A program made the position numbers and the translations under genes. A stretch of DNA of 64,000 nt from an uncultured Acidobacteriota bacterium (lineage in GTDB: Bacteria > Acidobacteriota > Thermoanaerobaculia > UBA5066 > Gp7-AA6), in NCBI GenBank assembly GCA_963782815.1, contig CAWALG010000041.1, positions 11,127-75,126 on the forward strand, in the 5' to 3' direction. Positions 1 to 11,234 of this stretch are shown piece by piece (position 1 is the stretch's first letter; each line of letters begins with the position of its first letter). The notes under the pieces are model-generated. The model searched no databases. It saw nothing but the letters and a program-made list of their open reading frames with translations, and was not told the DNA's origin.

Positions 1-101
1 TTGCCCGAGCGTTCGAAAACGAGCGGCTCCTGGCGCGGCTCGGGGCGCCTGGGGTCGGCGGCCGGCGCGGCCTTGGTCTTCTCTTCGACTTGGACCGACA
101 T
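1..101 (-). CDS. gcvPB: glycine dehydrogenase (decarboxylating) subunit 2, first 33 codons only (runs off window)
   Basis: Minus-strand ATG at 101 overlaps the gcvPA stop (ATGA). Hand translation is MSVQVEEKTKAAPAADPRRPEPRQEPLVFERSG. It lies directly after gcvT-H-PA. It is too short and edge-truncated to appear in the ORF track. Confidence 0.6.
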   Translation of the reverse strand, partial: MSVQVEEKTKAAPAADPRRPEPRQEPLVFERSG

Positions 102-1445
102 CAGCTCCTCCGTTGAAGCCCCGCGACGAGGCGATCCATCTCTTCCTTCCGGTTCATCTCCGTCGCCGCCACGAGAAACGCGTTGGGCCGCGTCGCGTCC
201 CAGCGCGAGAGGGGCACGCCGCCCAGGATCTGACGGGCGGCCAGGCGCTCGAGAAGCGGCGCCGCCGGCTCGGGGGCCTCGACCAGGAATTCGTTGAACG
301 TCGGCGCGGGGTACGCGATCCGGTAGCCCGGCAGCCTCGCGATCGCGGCCTTCAGGTACTCGGCCTTGGCGTGGCTCTGGAGGGCCACCTCGCGCAGCCC
401 GTGCTTGCCCAGCAGGGACATGTGGATGTTCGCCGCCAGCGCCATGAGCCCCTGGTTCGTGCAGATGTTGGAGGTCGCCTTCTCGCGGCGGATGTGCTGC
501 TCGCGCGTCGAGAGGGTGAGGCAGAAGGCGCGGCCGCCCTCGGCGTCGTGCGTCTGGCCCACGAGGCGGCCCGGGATCTGCCGCTGGTGCGCCGTCGAGC
601 AGGCGAGGAACCCGCAGAGCGGACCGCCCGTGTGGATCGGCACGCCCAGCGACTGCGCTTCGCCGCAGGCGATGTCGGCGCCGCCGTCCGCCGGAGGTTT
701 CAGGAGAGCGAGCGAGATAGCCTCGGCCACGACGGCGATCGAGATCGCGCCCTTCGCGTGCGCCGCCTCCGAACCGACACTCCAAGTCCTCCACGACGCC
801 GAAGAAGTTGGGGGACTGGATCGCGACGGCGAACGTCTTGTCGTCCACGGCCGACGCCAGGGCGGCCGGGTCCGTGGCGCCGTCACGGCCGACCGGCACC
901 TCCACGACTTCGAGGTCGAGGTTGCCGAAGTAGGTCCGGACGGTCTCGCGGTATTCGGGGTGGATTCCGGCCGAAAGGACCGCCCGCCGGCGGCCGCGGA
1001 TCAAGCGCTCGGCCATGAGCAGCGCCTCGACGAGCGCCGAGGCTCCCTCGTAGAGCGAGGCGTTGGCGACGTCGAGCCCGGTCAGCAGGCACATGTGAGT
1101 CTGGAACTCGAAGATGGACTGCAGCGTGCCCTGCGAGACCTCCGGCTGGTACGGCGTGTAGGAGGTCAGCCACTCGGCGCGGTAGAGCATCTGGTCGGCG
1201 ATCGACGAGACGTAATGGTTGTAGAGACCGGCGCCGAGGAAGAAATCCGTCTCGCGCGCATTCGCCGCCCGGCGCGACATGCCCGAGAGCCACCGCCGGA
1301 TCTCGATCTCCGAAAGGGGCGGCGGCAGCTTCGACGCCTGCTTGACCGCGTCCGGGATCGACGAGAACAAGGCGTCCACCGAAGGCGCGCCGATCGCGGA
1401 GAGCATCTCGGCGCGGTCGGCATCCGAGGTCGGGAGGAATCTCAC
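101..1445 (-). CDS. gcvPA: glycine dehydrogenase (decarboxylating) subunit 1, one apparent frameshift near 780-790
   Basis: N-terminal half read by hand from GTG 1445: MRFLPTSDADRAEMLSAIG...AIQSPNFFGVVEDLE. I found no stop in this frame down to about position 780, and it is absent from the track. C-terminal half is ORF 101..886 (...LTLSTREQHIRREKATSNICTNQ...). GTGA overlap with the gcvH stop. Confidence 0.9.
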
Positions 1446-1834
1446 GTGTGCGTCTCCTCTTCCTTCAGGTAGGCGGCGTACTGCTCCGCCGAGAGGAGCC
1501 CGCCCGCATCGCCGTCCGACGAGAGCTTGACCTTGATGAGCCAGCCGTCGCCGAACGGATCGTCGTTGACGATCCCCGGCTGCGCGACCGCCTGCTTGTT
1601 CACCGCGACGACTTCGCCCGAAACTGGTACGAAGAGCTCCGACACCGCCTTGACCGACTCGACGGTGCCGAACTCCTCCTCGGCGTTGTAGACGTGGCCG
1701 ACTTCGGGCAGCTCGAGGTAGACGATCTCGCCGAGCTCCTTCTGGGCATGATCGGTGATCCCGACCGTGCCGGTGTCGCCCTCGATCCGGACCCACTCGT
1801 GGCTGCGGGCATAGCGCAGGTCAGGCGGGTTCAC
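1442..1834 (-). CDS. gcvH: glycine cleavage system H protein
   Basis: Last 130 aa of ORF 1442..2164, from GTG 1834: [15 protein letters not shown]...GTVESVKAVSELFVP (lipoyl-lysine motif). 4-nt overlaps with the gcvT stop and the gcvPA start. Confidence 0.93.
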   Translation of the reverse strand: MNPPDLRYARSHEWVRIEGDTGTVGITDHAQKELGEIVYLELPEVGHVYNAEEEFGTVESVKAVSELFVPVSGEVVAVNKQAVAQPGIVNDDPFGDGWLIKVKLSSDGDAGGLLSAEQYAAYLKEEETHT

Positions 1835-2955
1835 GCCGGCACCTCCTTCGGACGTTTGTAGAACGGGGTTTTCACGACGCGAGCGGCCGCGGCGCGCCCG
1901 CGGATGTCGACTTCGAACTCGGTTCCGACCTCGGAAGCCGCCGTCGGCAGGAGCGCCAGGCCGATCGGCTTTCCGAGCGTCGGCGAGTGCGTGCCCGAAG
2001 TGACGACGCCGGGCCCGTGCGCCGTCTTCGCCGGGTATCCGTGCCGCGCGATCCCGCGGTCGATCATCTCGAAGCCGACGAGCTTGCGCGGCACGCCCGC
2101 CTCTTTCTGTCGGGCGAGCGCGTCGCGGCCGAGGAAGTCGCCCTTCTGCATCTTCACGACCCATCCGAGGTCGGCTTCCCAGGGCGTCACGGTCTCGTCA
2201 ATGTCGTTTCCGTAAAGAGCCATCTTCGCCTCGAGCCGGAGCGTGTCTCGCGCGCCGAGACCGCACGGGAGGATGCCGAACGCGCGGCCCTCTTCGAGCA
2301 GCCTCCGCATCGTTTTCTCGGCCAGGCCGGCTTCGAGGTAGATCTCGAATCCGTCCTCGCCGGTGTACCCCGTGCGCGAGACCATGGCCGGCTCGCCGAA
2401 GACGCGAGTCTTCTTGAAGGCGTAGTACGGCAGATCGGTCACGGGCTCCGCCGCGACGCGGTCCACGAGCGCGCCCGCCCGGGGCCCCTGAACCGACAGG
2501 AGCGCGACCTCGTCGGTCTTGTTCGCCACGGCCACGTCCCCCCCGGCGCGGGAGGAGGCCCAGGCGAAGTCCTTCGGCGTGTTGCCGGCGTTCACGACGA
2601 GCATGAAGGAGTCGGCGCCGCGGCGGTAGACGAGCAGGTCGTCCACGAACGTGCCCTTCTCCGTCAAGAACGCCGAGTAATGGGCGCGCCCGTCGGCGAG
2701 CTTGCCGATGTCGTTGGGAGTCATGCCCTGAAGGTAAGCCGCCGCGCCGCTTCCCGTCACCTCGAACTCGCCCATGTGCGAGACGTCGAAGATCCCGACG
2801 CGCTCGCGCACGGCCTTGTGCTCCTCGAGGATGCCGGTGTACTGGACGGGCATCTCCCAGCCGCCGAAATCGATCACTTTCGCGCCGAGCTCGCGGTGAA
2901 GGTCGTAGAGGGGCGTGCGCTTCGGGGCGGCGGGTGCCGAGGCGGGAGGGGACAT
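1831..2955 (-). CDS. gcvT: aminomethyltransferase (glycine cleavage T protein)
   Basis: ORF 1831..3138, start placed at ATG 2955 ([39 protein letters not shown]...). 374 aa, a typical GcvT length. Confidence 0.93.
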   Translation of the reverse strand: MSPPASAPAAPKRTPLYDLHRELGAKVIDFGGWEMPVQYTGILEEHKAVRERVGIFDVSHMGEFEVTGSGAAAYLQGMTPNDIGKLADGRAHYSAFLTEKGTFVDDLLVYRRGADSFMLVVNAGNTPKDFAWASSRAGGDVAVANKTDEVALLSVQGPRAGALVDRVAAEPVTDLPYYAFKKTRVFGEPAMVSRTGYTGEDGFEIYLEAGLAEKTMRRLLEEGRAFGILPCGLGARDTLRLEAKMALYGNDIDETVTPWEADLGWVVKMQKGDFLGRDALARQKEAGVPRKLVGFEMIDRGIARHGYPAKTAHGPGVVTSGTHSPTLGKPIGLALLPTAASEVGTEFEVDIRGRAAAARVVKTPFYKRPKEVPA

Positions 2956-2967
2956 GCGAGTCGGAAA

Positions 2968-2976
2968 ATTATCACA
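2968..2976 (-). promoter_or_regulatory. candidate extended -10 element (TGTGATAAT) for the gcv operon
   Basis: Minus strand reads TTGTGATAATTTTCCGACTCGC then the gcvT ATG. The element sits only 12 nt from the start codon, implying a very short leader. Confidence 0.3.
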
Positions 2977-3015
2977 ACGCGCTGGAAGAGAGATGTGGGA
3001 AAAACGCTGGTACGA

Positions 3016-3866
3016 ATGCATCATGAAGACGGCATGACGCGAGGGGTTCCGTCGACGGTCGAAGTCCTCGGACGGGGCCTGGAATACCGCTGGATCGGGC
3101 CGCGGCCCGGCGAGGCGCCGACGATCGTCTTTCTGCACGAAGGCCTGGGCTGCGTCGGGACGTGGCGCGACTTTCCCGACCGCCTGGCGTCAGTGACCGG
3201 GTGCGGGGCGCTCGTTTACAGCCGGCCGGGCTATGGCTCCTCCGATCCCGTACAGGGCCCGCGGCCGGTTGCCTTCATGCACGACGAGGCGCTCAGAGTC
3301 CTTCCCGCCGTCCTCGAGCATTTCCAGCTCAGGAGGTCATTCTCTTCGGCCACAGCGACGGCGCCTCGATCGCGGTCATCTACGCCGGCGCGCGGCCCAG
3401 GGGGTTCGGGGGATCGCAAGGTCCCCCGCCAGGACATGGCACCGTTCGGGCGCTCGTCCTCGAAGCGCCTCACGTCTTCGTCGAGACCGTCTGCACGGAG
3501 AAAATCGCCCGAATCGCCGAAGAATACGAGACGACGCGCCTGCGGGAGCGGCTCGCGCGCTATCACGGCGCCAACACCGACTCGATGTTTCGAACGTGGA
3601 CGGACGTGTGGCTCAAGCCGGAGTTTGCCCGGTGGAACATCGAAGAGTACTTGCCGGCCATCCGGAGCCCCGTACTGGTGGTGCAGGGCGAAGACGACGA
3701 GTACGGCACGCCGGCGCAGGTCGATGCCGTCTTGAGGCAGGTCAAAGGTCCGGCGCAATCGCTCGTGCTGCCGCGCTGCGGCCACTCCCCGCACACAACG
3801 CATGCAGACGAAGTTCTCGAGGCCGCCAGCCGATTTATCCGAGAAGCACTCCGCCTCGGACCCTGA
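3016..3866 (+). CDS. alpha/beta-fold hydrolase, frameshift near 3325-3335
   Basis: The tail of ORF 1987..3735 ([46 protein letters not shown]...VLEHFQL) continues in ORF 3162..3866 ([17 protein letters not shown]...LPRCGHSPH). GHSDG nucleophile elbow and a C-terminal His are present. Confidence 0.8.
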
Positions 3867-3927
3867 GAAGAGACGTCCGCGAATGGGTTCCTTGCACCTG
3901 TGATAAGGGATTGCCCGGGAGCCGGCC

Positions 3928-4958
3928 ATGATCGTCGTCATGAAGATGCACGCCTCGGAGGCGGAGATCGAGGTGGTCCTCGCCCGCATTCGGGAGCTCG
4001 GCTTCGCGCCGCACCTCTCCCGAGGGGAAGAGCGCACCATCATCGGCGTCGTCGGGGACGACAGCCGGGCGGCGGAGGCCGGGATGTTCGTGGCGCTGCC
4101 GGGTGTCGCCGAGTGCATCCGCGTCTTGAAACCCTTCAAGCTCGCGTCCCGGGACTTCCTGCCCGGACCCACCGTCGTCGAGGTCGGGGAGGCAGGCAGC
4201 GCGGTCGAGGTGGGGGGCCGGCGGATCGTGATCGCCGCCGGGCCGTGCGCCGTGGAGAGCTGGGAGCAGATCGAGGAAGTCGCGGTCGCGGCGAAGAGCT
4301 GCGGCGCCCGGCTCCTTCGCGGCGGGGCCTTCAAGCCGCGCACGAGCCCCTACTCCTTCCAGGGGCTGGGCGAGGAGGGTCTGAAGCTCCTCGCCCGGGT
4401 CCGCGAGGTCACGGGGCTCCCCGTGGTCACCGAGGTCATGACGCCCGAGGCGGTGCCGCTCGTCGAGCGGTACGCCGACTGCCTCCAGATCGGCGCCCGC
4501 AACATGCAGAATTCCAACCTCCTGCAGGCCTGCGGCAAGTCGAAGAAGCCCGTGCTCTTGAAGCGCGGCCATGGCCGCGACACTCGAGGAATTCCTGATG
4601 GCGGCCGAGTACATCCTCGCGAGCGGCAATCGCAACGTGATTCTCTGCGAGCGGGGGGTGCGGACCTTCGAGAAGGCCACGCGCAACACGCTGGATCTCT
4701 CGGCGGTGCCGCTTCTCAAACAGTGGTCGCACCTGCCCGTGATCGTGGATCCGAGCCACGGCACCGGGATCTCCTCGCTCGTCCCGCCGATGGCGCGCGC
4801 CGCGATCGCGTGCGGCGCCGACGGTCTTCTCGATCGAGGTCCATCCGCACCCCGAGCGCGCGCTCTCCGATGGGCCGCAGTCGCTCACCCCGAGGGTCCT
4901 GGCCGAGACCCTTGCCGGCGTGGCCGCCGTCGCCGCCGCGGTGGGGCGAACGTTCTGA
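3928..4958 (+). CDS. aroF: 3-deoxy-7-phosphoheptulonate (DAHP) synthase, type I-beta with N-terminal regulatory domain, two frameshifts (about 4568 and 4835)
   Basis: ORF 3928.. gives [26 protein letters not shown]...[28 protein letters not shown]...[10 protein letters not shown]...LLKRG. It continues in ORF 4571..5011 ([34 protein letters not shown]...VIVDPSHG). The third frame by hand gives [18 protein letters not shown]...GRTF, stop at 4956-4958. Confidence 0.9.
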
Positions 4959-4998
4959 GCCGTTTCGCGGCCGTTATCGGCGCGGCCGCTCGGGTCGG

Positions 4999-7028
4999 TC
5001 AAGGCGTCTGAACGACGCGGGCGTCCACGACCGTCAGGCCCTTCTCGTGCACGATGACGGGATTCAAGTCCATCTCGTCGATCTCCCTGTGTCTCGCGAC
5101 GAGGTCGGAGACCTGAACGAGAAGCTGGCGGAGCGCCGCCACGTCGGCGGGCCTCCCGCCGCGCACTCCCTGGAGCAGCTTCGCTCCGCGGGTCTCGGCG
5201 ATCATCTCCGCGGCGTCCTTCTCGGAGAACGGAACGATGCGGAACGAGACGTCGCGGAAGACCTCGACGAGCGTGCCCCCCATGCCGAACATCACGGCGT
5301 GGCCGAACTGGAGATCGCGGGTGACCCCGACGATGACCTCGTGTCCCGGCGCGGCCATGGCGCTGACGAGGACTCCGCCCTGGCGCGCCCCGAGTCGCTG
5401 CGCGATGCCGGCGAGATCCCGAAACGCCTTCCGGACTCCCGCTTCGTCTTTCACGTTCAGGAGGACTCCTCCGACGTCGCTCTTGTGCGTCACGTCCGGG
5501 GAGTTCATTTTCATGGCGACGGGATACCCGATCTCCGAGGCTGCGGTCACGGCCTCTTCTCCGGTCGCCGCCTGCCGCGAAGGGACGACAGGGATTCCCT
5601 CACGGGCCAGGAAGTCCATCGAGTCGGCCGGCGAGAGCCATTTTCCGGCCGGCGCCGCGGCGGCCGCGGCGGTTGTCGGCGCGGGCGCCTCCGCCGCGGA
5701 CGGGAAGCGGTCGCGGGCAAAACGCACATGGCAGGACAGGGCCTTGACGGCGCGGTCGGGCGTCGGAAAAACGGCGATTCCCTTTTCGTGAAAGCGGAGC
5801 CGCTCAACCCGTTCCACGTCGGCTCCGCCGAGATACGCCACGAGGTCGCGATTTCCCGGCTCCAGGCTCGTCGAGGCGTCCGGGATCGGATCCCCGAAGA
5901 TCGTCATCACGACGTCGTAGTGATCGCGCGCCGCCGAGATCACCTGGCGGAAGAGCTCCGCGGTGCCGTCCCCCGTCAGATCGAGCGGGTTACCGACGAT
6001 GAAATGAGAGGGGAGGACCTCTTTGAGCCGCGAGGCCAGAGCGGCGGGCAGCGGGCTGATCCGAAAGCCGTTGTCGGCCGCGACGTCGGTGGCGATGATC
6101 GCCGATCCTCCCGAGCTCGTGACGATCAACATTCGAGGCCCGGCCGGAGCGGGGACGTAGGCGAGGGCCTTGGAGAAGTCGTACAGCTCCTCGAGCGACC
6201 CGGCGCGGTGGATCCGGAACTGCCGGAAGACGGCGTCGTAGATCTCGTCCTTCCCGGCGAGCGAGCGGGTGTGCGATTCGGCCGCCTTGCGTCCCTGCGC
6301 GGTCCTCCCGGCCTTGAAGATCACGATGGGCTTGCGGCACGCCCTGGCGGCGGCCAGGAATTTCTTCGGCGTCCTTCACTCCTTCGATGTACAGCGTGAT
6401 CACCTTCGTGCTCGGGATCGGCGGCGAAGAACTCGATCAGGTCGGCCTCGTCCACGTCGATCCGGTTTCCCATGCTCACGAATGCCGAGAAGCCGAGCTT
6501 CTCCTCGGCGGCCCAGTCGATCAGGGCCGCGCCGACGGTCCCGCTCTGCGACGCGATGGCCATCGCTCCCTTCCGGGTGATCAGGGGCCAGGAGGCGCAG
6601 AGACCGTGGTGCGGGTAGTTCACGCCCTGGCAGTTCGGCCCGACGACACGAATGCCGCAGCGCGCGGCGTTCCGCTTGACCTCCTCCTGCAGGCGCGCCC
6701 CCTCCTCGCCGGACTCGGCGAATCCTCCGGTGATGACGATGGCGGCCTTCACCTTCCGCTCCCCCAGCTGCAGGATGGCGCCCGGCACGGAAGAGGCCGG
6801 AATGATGACCACGGCGAGATCGGTCCCTGACGGGATCTCGTCCACCGATTTGACGGAAGGCACTCCGAGGATCGTCTCTCCCCTGGGGTTGACGGGGATG
6901 ACCTGCCCGCCGAATCCCGCGTCCAGGATGTTCTTGAAGATCGTGAATCCCAGCTTCCCCGGCTTGGCGGAGGCTCCGATGACGGCGAGGCGGCTGGGGC
7001 GAAAAAGCGCCTGCAGGGAATCACTCAT
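4999..7028 (-). CDS. ADP-forming acetyl/acyl-CoA synthetase (fused alpha-beta), two frameshifts at about 6330-6410
   Basis: ORF 6321..7028 has the CoA-binding and ligase-CoA part ([20 protein letters not shown]...GPNCQGV...[10 protein letters not shown]). ORF 5990..6403 supplies the fragment [14 protein letters not shown] 4999..6324 has [23 protein letters not shown]... plus a C-terminal ATP-grasp part. Confidence 0.88.
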
Positions 7029-7042
7029 GTCGCACCTCGAAA

Positions 7043-8009
7043 TTGACTCTTCGGAGTCTACCCGGTCCGGAGGAGAGACGTGAGAGCGATGAGAGACTCA
7101 GTTGCGCGTCGCCGTCGAGAGGGGAGATCCTCCGTGATTTCGAGAAGCTGATCGAAGAGAAGAAGCTCTTCGGCGCCGCGCACGACCCGGCGGTCATCGA
7201 CGGCGCCGAGTTCGACCCGAAGGTCGTCAAGAAGAAGGGGAAGGGAACGCGGTTCCTCCTGAGGAAGGTCCCCTCCCGGGCGAAGCTCTTGAGACTCTGG
7301 ACGCGCCTCTTCCGGAACGCGATCTCGCCGTGCGCCCTGTTCGAAGCGCTCTCCGCCCGGACCCACGAGTTCGAACACAGGGAGAACGTCCTCCTCTTCG
7401 GCAGAGGCTGGATCATTTATGACACGGAGATCTTCGAGGAGGAGGAAAACGTCGGCGAGCTCACTCTGAACTTCGCGTCTCTCCGGGACCCGGCGCTGGG
7501 AGTGCTCGCGTTCTTGAAAGGAGAGAGGCTCCGGGTCGTCCGGATCGAACACATCCGCCTGACGGGCGCACAGGTCGGGTTACGCCTCGACGCTCTTCCG
7601 GCACTACGAGCGGCTCTTCCGCGACCTGGGCTTCGACGAGTTCCGGTTGAGCGCTTCCCTCTCGGTCGGCAAGTACTACTGGGCCAAGGAGGGATTCGAC
7701 TTCGTGGACGCCTCGGAGGTCGGCAAGAGAAAACAGGAGCTTCGCGCTCTCGTGAAGGAGAAGGGCCTTCCCGTTTCCGAGATCGAGATCGAGCGGCTGG
7801 GCCACGCCTACGATTTCGCCGGTTTCAGGAGAGAGGTAAGAATCGCCGTCTACCGCGACGCAGAAGGCTACTATTCGTTGAAGGCCGACGGCCGCTTTCG
7901 CGAGGAGGCCTTCCTTCCGCTCGGAAAGGCGTTTCTTCTCTCCTCGCCGCCGTGGGAGGGTTACAAGCCCATCCGGCCAGGCAATGAGTCCGCGACTTCG
8001 GCCGGGTAA
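7043..8009 (+). CDS. hypothetical protein with GNAT-like C-terminal region, frameshift(s) at about 7570-7650, start uncertain
   Basis: ORF 7043..7987 (…LLFGRGWIIYDTEIFEEEENVGELTLNF…VVRIEHIRLTG) continues in ORF 7647..8009 (LSASLSVGKYYWAKEGFDFVD...). No family recognised with confidence. Confidence 0.5.
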
Positions 8010-8058
8010 TTCGCTATGGAATGACGGTAGGCTAGCCGGAAATGAGAAAAGGAGCGTC

Positions 8059-8832
8059 ATGACGTACGAGTTCCTGAAAACGGGCGTGGTCGAGCGCGTT
8101 GGCTGGATCGAGTATCGGCGTCCGCCGCTCAATGCGATCGACTGGAAGATGCTCGGCGAGATCCCGGCGGCGCTGGAGGCCTTCCTGGGCGACTCCGGGG
8201 TCCGCGTCGTCGTCTTCGCCAGTGCGCTGGAGAAGTATTTCTCGACCGGAGCGGATCTCCGGGTCTTGCAGGCGATGGGGCCGGACGACATGCGGAAATG
8301 GGTCGAGACCTGTCACTCGATTGTCCGCCGGCTGCGTGAGGCGCAGAAGCCGCTCCTCGCCGCCATCGCCGGCACCGCCGTCGGCGGAGGCCTGGAGATC
8401 GTCCTGCACTGCGACGTCCGTTTCGCGTCCGCGGACGCGCGGCTCGGCCAGCCGGAGATCAACATCGCGTTCCTCCCGCCCGTTGGCACCACGCAATCCC
8501 TGCCCAGGCTCCTCGGGCGGCCGCGCGCCCTGCGGTTCCTCTACGAAGGCACGCTCGTCTCGGCCGAGGAAGCCCGAGGCATGGGACTCGTGGACTTCGT
8601 CGTGCCTCCCGAAAACCTCCGCGCCGAGGTTCAGGCGTACGGAGCCGCTCTCGCCCGCAAGCCGGCCGAGGCCCTCGCGGCGATCCGCCGCTCGATCACG
8701 ATGGGGCTTGAGATGTCTTACGAGGATGCGCTCGCCCTCGAGCTCGAGGCGGCGGTCCACCTGGCCGGCACTCCCGACTTTTCCGAAGGGCTCGCCGCCT
8801 TTTTCGAGAAACGTCCGCCAGAATGGCAATAG
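8059..8832 (+). CDS. enoyl-CoA hydratase/isomerase family protein
   Basis: Taken from ATG 8059, preceded by AAAAGGAG. Sequence MTYEFLKTGVVERVGWIEYRRPPLNAI...FSTGADL...AGTAVGGGLEIVLHCDVRFA...EGLAAFFEKRPPEW. Typical crotonase fold motifs. Confidence 0.92.
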   Translation: MTYEFLKTGVVERVGWIEYRRPPLNAIDWKMLGEIPAALEAFLGDSGVRVVVFASALEKYFSTGADLRVLQAMGPDDMRKWVETCHSIVRRLREAQKPLLAAIAGTAVGGGLEIVLHCDVRFASADARLGQPEINIAFLPPVGTTQSLPRLLGRPRALRFLYEGTLVSAEEARGMGLVDFVVPPENLRAEVQAYGAALARKPAEALAAIRRSITMGLEMSYEDALALELEAAVHLAGTPDFSEGLAAFFEKRPPEWQ

Positions 8833-8869
8833 CCCTTTGCGGTCGCAGCCGCAACGGCCTGCCGGAATC

Positions 8870-10314
8870 TCATGTCGCCAGATGGATCCGCTTGGTGTAG
8901 GCCAGCTCCTCGATCTTGTCGGTTGAGCCGTTGAACCCGCTGTCGCGGATCCCGCCGATCGGCAGGGAGATGTCGCCGTAGAGCGGGCCCTCGTTGATCA
9001 TGATCCGCCCGGCCGCGAGGCGCCGCGCGATCAACGCGGCCTGCTCGGGGTCTCCGAAGACGGTGGCCCCGAGCCCGTACGGACCGTCGTTGGCCAGGGC
9101 CACGGCCTCCTCGACGGTGTCGAAGACGACGAAGGAGCGGACCGGGGCGAAGGACTCCTCGATCCAGAGCAGAGGCTTCCCGTCTCCGCTTGCTTCGAGG
9201 ATCTGCGCCCTCTCGAACTCGACGAGCGTCGGGAAGAAGAAGGGCCGTCGGCCCGGCCTCCGATGAGAAGACGGCCCCCGCGCTCCAGCGCTTCGCGGAC
9301 CTGGTAGGCGGCGATGTTCAGGCTCTCGGCCTTCCCGATGGGGCCGATGTCCGTTTCTTCCCGGCTCGGATCACCCACCTTGAGGCCGCGGATGCCCTCG
9401 AGGAGGAGCTCACGGAAGCTCGCGGCGACGGGGCGCTGGACGAGGAACCGCTTGGCGGCAATGCAGAGCTGCCCGCTGTGGGCGAAGCCCCCGAGCAGGC
9501 CGGCGGCAGCGGCCTTCTGGAGATCCGCGCTCTCCAGCACGAGGAACGGGTCGTTGCCCGCCAGCTCCGGCACGTACTTCTTCATCCGTCCTCCGACATG
9601 GAGCATGCACTCGCCCAGGACCTTTTTCGTCCGCTCGAGGAAGGACCCCATCTTGATGATGTTGTCTTTCCCGACGGGGCTCGATGCGTAGTGGACGAGG
9701 ACGTCCACCTCGGGGTTCTCGATGAATTCCCAGGCGGCGTCTTCGCCGGGACAGGTGGAGAACTGAGCGCCGTCGGCCGGGCAGCCGGCCTCGATCGCGA
9801 TCTGCACGACTCGCTGGCAGATGAGGGGAGTGAGACTCGAAGGCTTCTCGACGACGGCGTTTCCGGCCCCGAGCGCGGCGAGCATCGTATAGAGCGGCAC
9901 GACCAGAGGCGTGTTGCGCGGCGGGAGGACGCCGACGACGCCGTAGGGCTCGCGATAGAGGATGTTTCTCCCCGATGCGGCGGAGAGCTCGCGAGGCTTC
10001 AGGAGCTCCAGCCGACGCTCGAGGTTCACGGCAGTCGCGATCGACCGCTCCAACTCCCACCGCGCGAACTTGCGAGGCTGGCCCGCCTCGCGGACCATCA
10101 GATCCTCGAATTCGGCGCGACGCTCCTCGAGCCGGCGCGCCACGCGCCGGCCGAGCTCGGCGCGCTCCTCGAAGCTCGTCCCACGGACGGCCTCCCTGGC
10201 CCGGAACGCCTCGTGGATCTTCGCGCGCAGGTCCCGGCGGGTGTCCTGCGTCACCTCGCCGATCACCTCGCCCGAGTACTTGTCCCGGATCTCAACCCTT
10301 TTGAGAGTCTGCAT
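8870..10314 (-). CDS. aldehyde dehydrogenase family protein, frameshift near 9240
   Basis: ORF 9031..10314 (…VVEKPSSLTPL…ELAGNDPFLV…GQLCIAAKRFLV…) continues in ORF 8870..9103 (ALANDGPYGLGATVF...GGIRDSGFNG). Confidence 0.88.
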
Positions 10315-10345
10315 CCTCGTCGCGTGATCGTAGACCCTTTCCCCG

Positions 10346-11216
10346 CTACAGGGGAAAGAGCGCCGCCGCGTTGTCGAAGAGGATCTTTCGCCTGACCGAG
10401 TCGGAGAGCGGGAGAGAGAGGAAGGCTTCGACGTTCCGGCGCATCGTCACGACCCCTCTCGACGGCCAGTCGGTTCCCCAGAGGATGCGATCGGCCGCTT
10501 CGGAAATCCTCGGGAGGACGTCGAGAAGCTTTTTCGGCGGGATGCTCGAGACGTCGAGCAGGACGTTGGGATGCCGGCGCAGGAGGAAGAACGCCGTGTC
10601 GTACCAGAGAGGACGGCCGGCGTGGCAGAGGACGAGGGTCGTCCGCGGGAAGTCCACGGCCACGTCGTCGCAGGCCATCGGATCCGCGTAGACGTTGCGG
10701 GCGCCGGGGAAGACGGACGTCCCCGTGTGGATCAGGACCGGCCGCTTCGCCTCGCCCGCCAGCCGGTAGACGTCGGCGAGAGAGGGGCAATCGGTCCTGT
10801 ACGCGTTGGCGTGGAGCTCCATGTGGGGCGGGTGCAGCTTGAAAGCGCCGAGACGGTAGACGTCGAAGAGCCTCTTGACGTCCCCGGCGACGTCGCGGGA
10901 GTGCCGCGGGTGGATCCCCCCGACCGGGACGAGCCGGTCGCGGTGGCCCTCGACGTAGCGGGCGATCCAGGGATTGACGGCGTCGGTGATCCCGATGACG
11001 TCGGGAGCCACGGAGTTGACCAGGGCCGCCCGCGCGATTCCTTCCGCGTCCATCGTCTTCAGGAGCTCATCGGGGCCAGCCCCGGATCCTCTCGAGGAGC
11101 TCGAGGTCGTCCCGCCCGCCGATGAAGGCGCGGCGGGCTCTCTCCTTCATTTCGTCAAAGGGGCCGACGTGGATGTGCGCGTCGAAGACGGGAAAGGCCG
11201 AGGGCACGTCCGGCAT
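10346..11216 (-). CDS. amidohydrolase family (TIM-barrel metal hydrolase), frameshift near 11060
   Basis: The N-terminus MPDVPSAFPVFDAHIHVG... is the tail of ORF 11067..13139. The rest is ORF 10346..11053 (…VLIHTGTS…LVLCHAGRPLW…WGTDWP). Confidence 0.8.
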
Positions 11217-11234
11217 GATAAACCTGAGCTTTCG

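Noticed and set aside
2956-3015. Glycine riboswitch upstream of gcvT
   Set aside because: Only about 60 nt separate gcvT from the divergent hydrolase gene. I could not see the conserved glycine-aptamer core. The space is too short for even a single aptamer.
1987-3735. 582-aa plus-strand ORF
   Set aside because: The first two thirds is antisense to gcvT and looks like shadow sequence. Only the part from about 3016 ([10 protein letters not shown]…) is a real hydrolase N-terminus.
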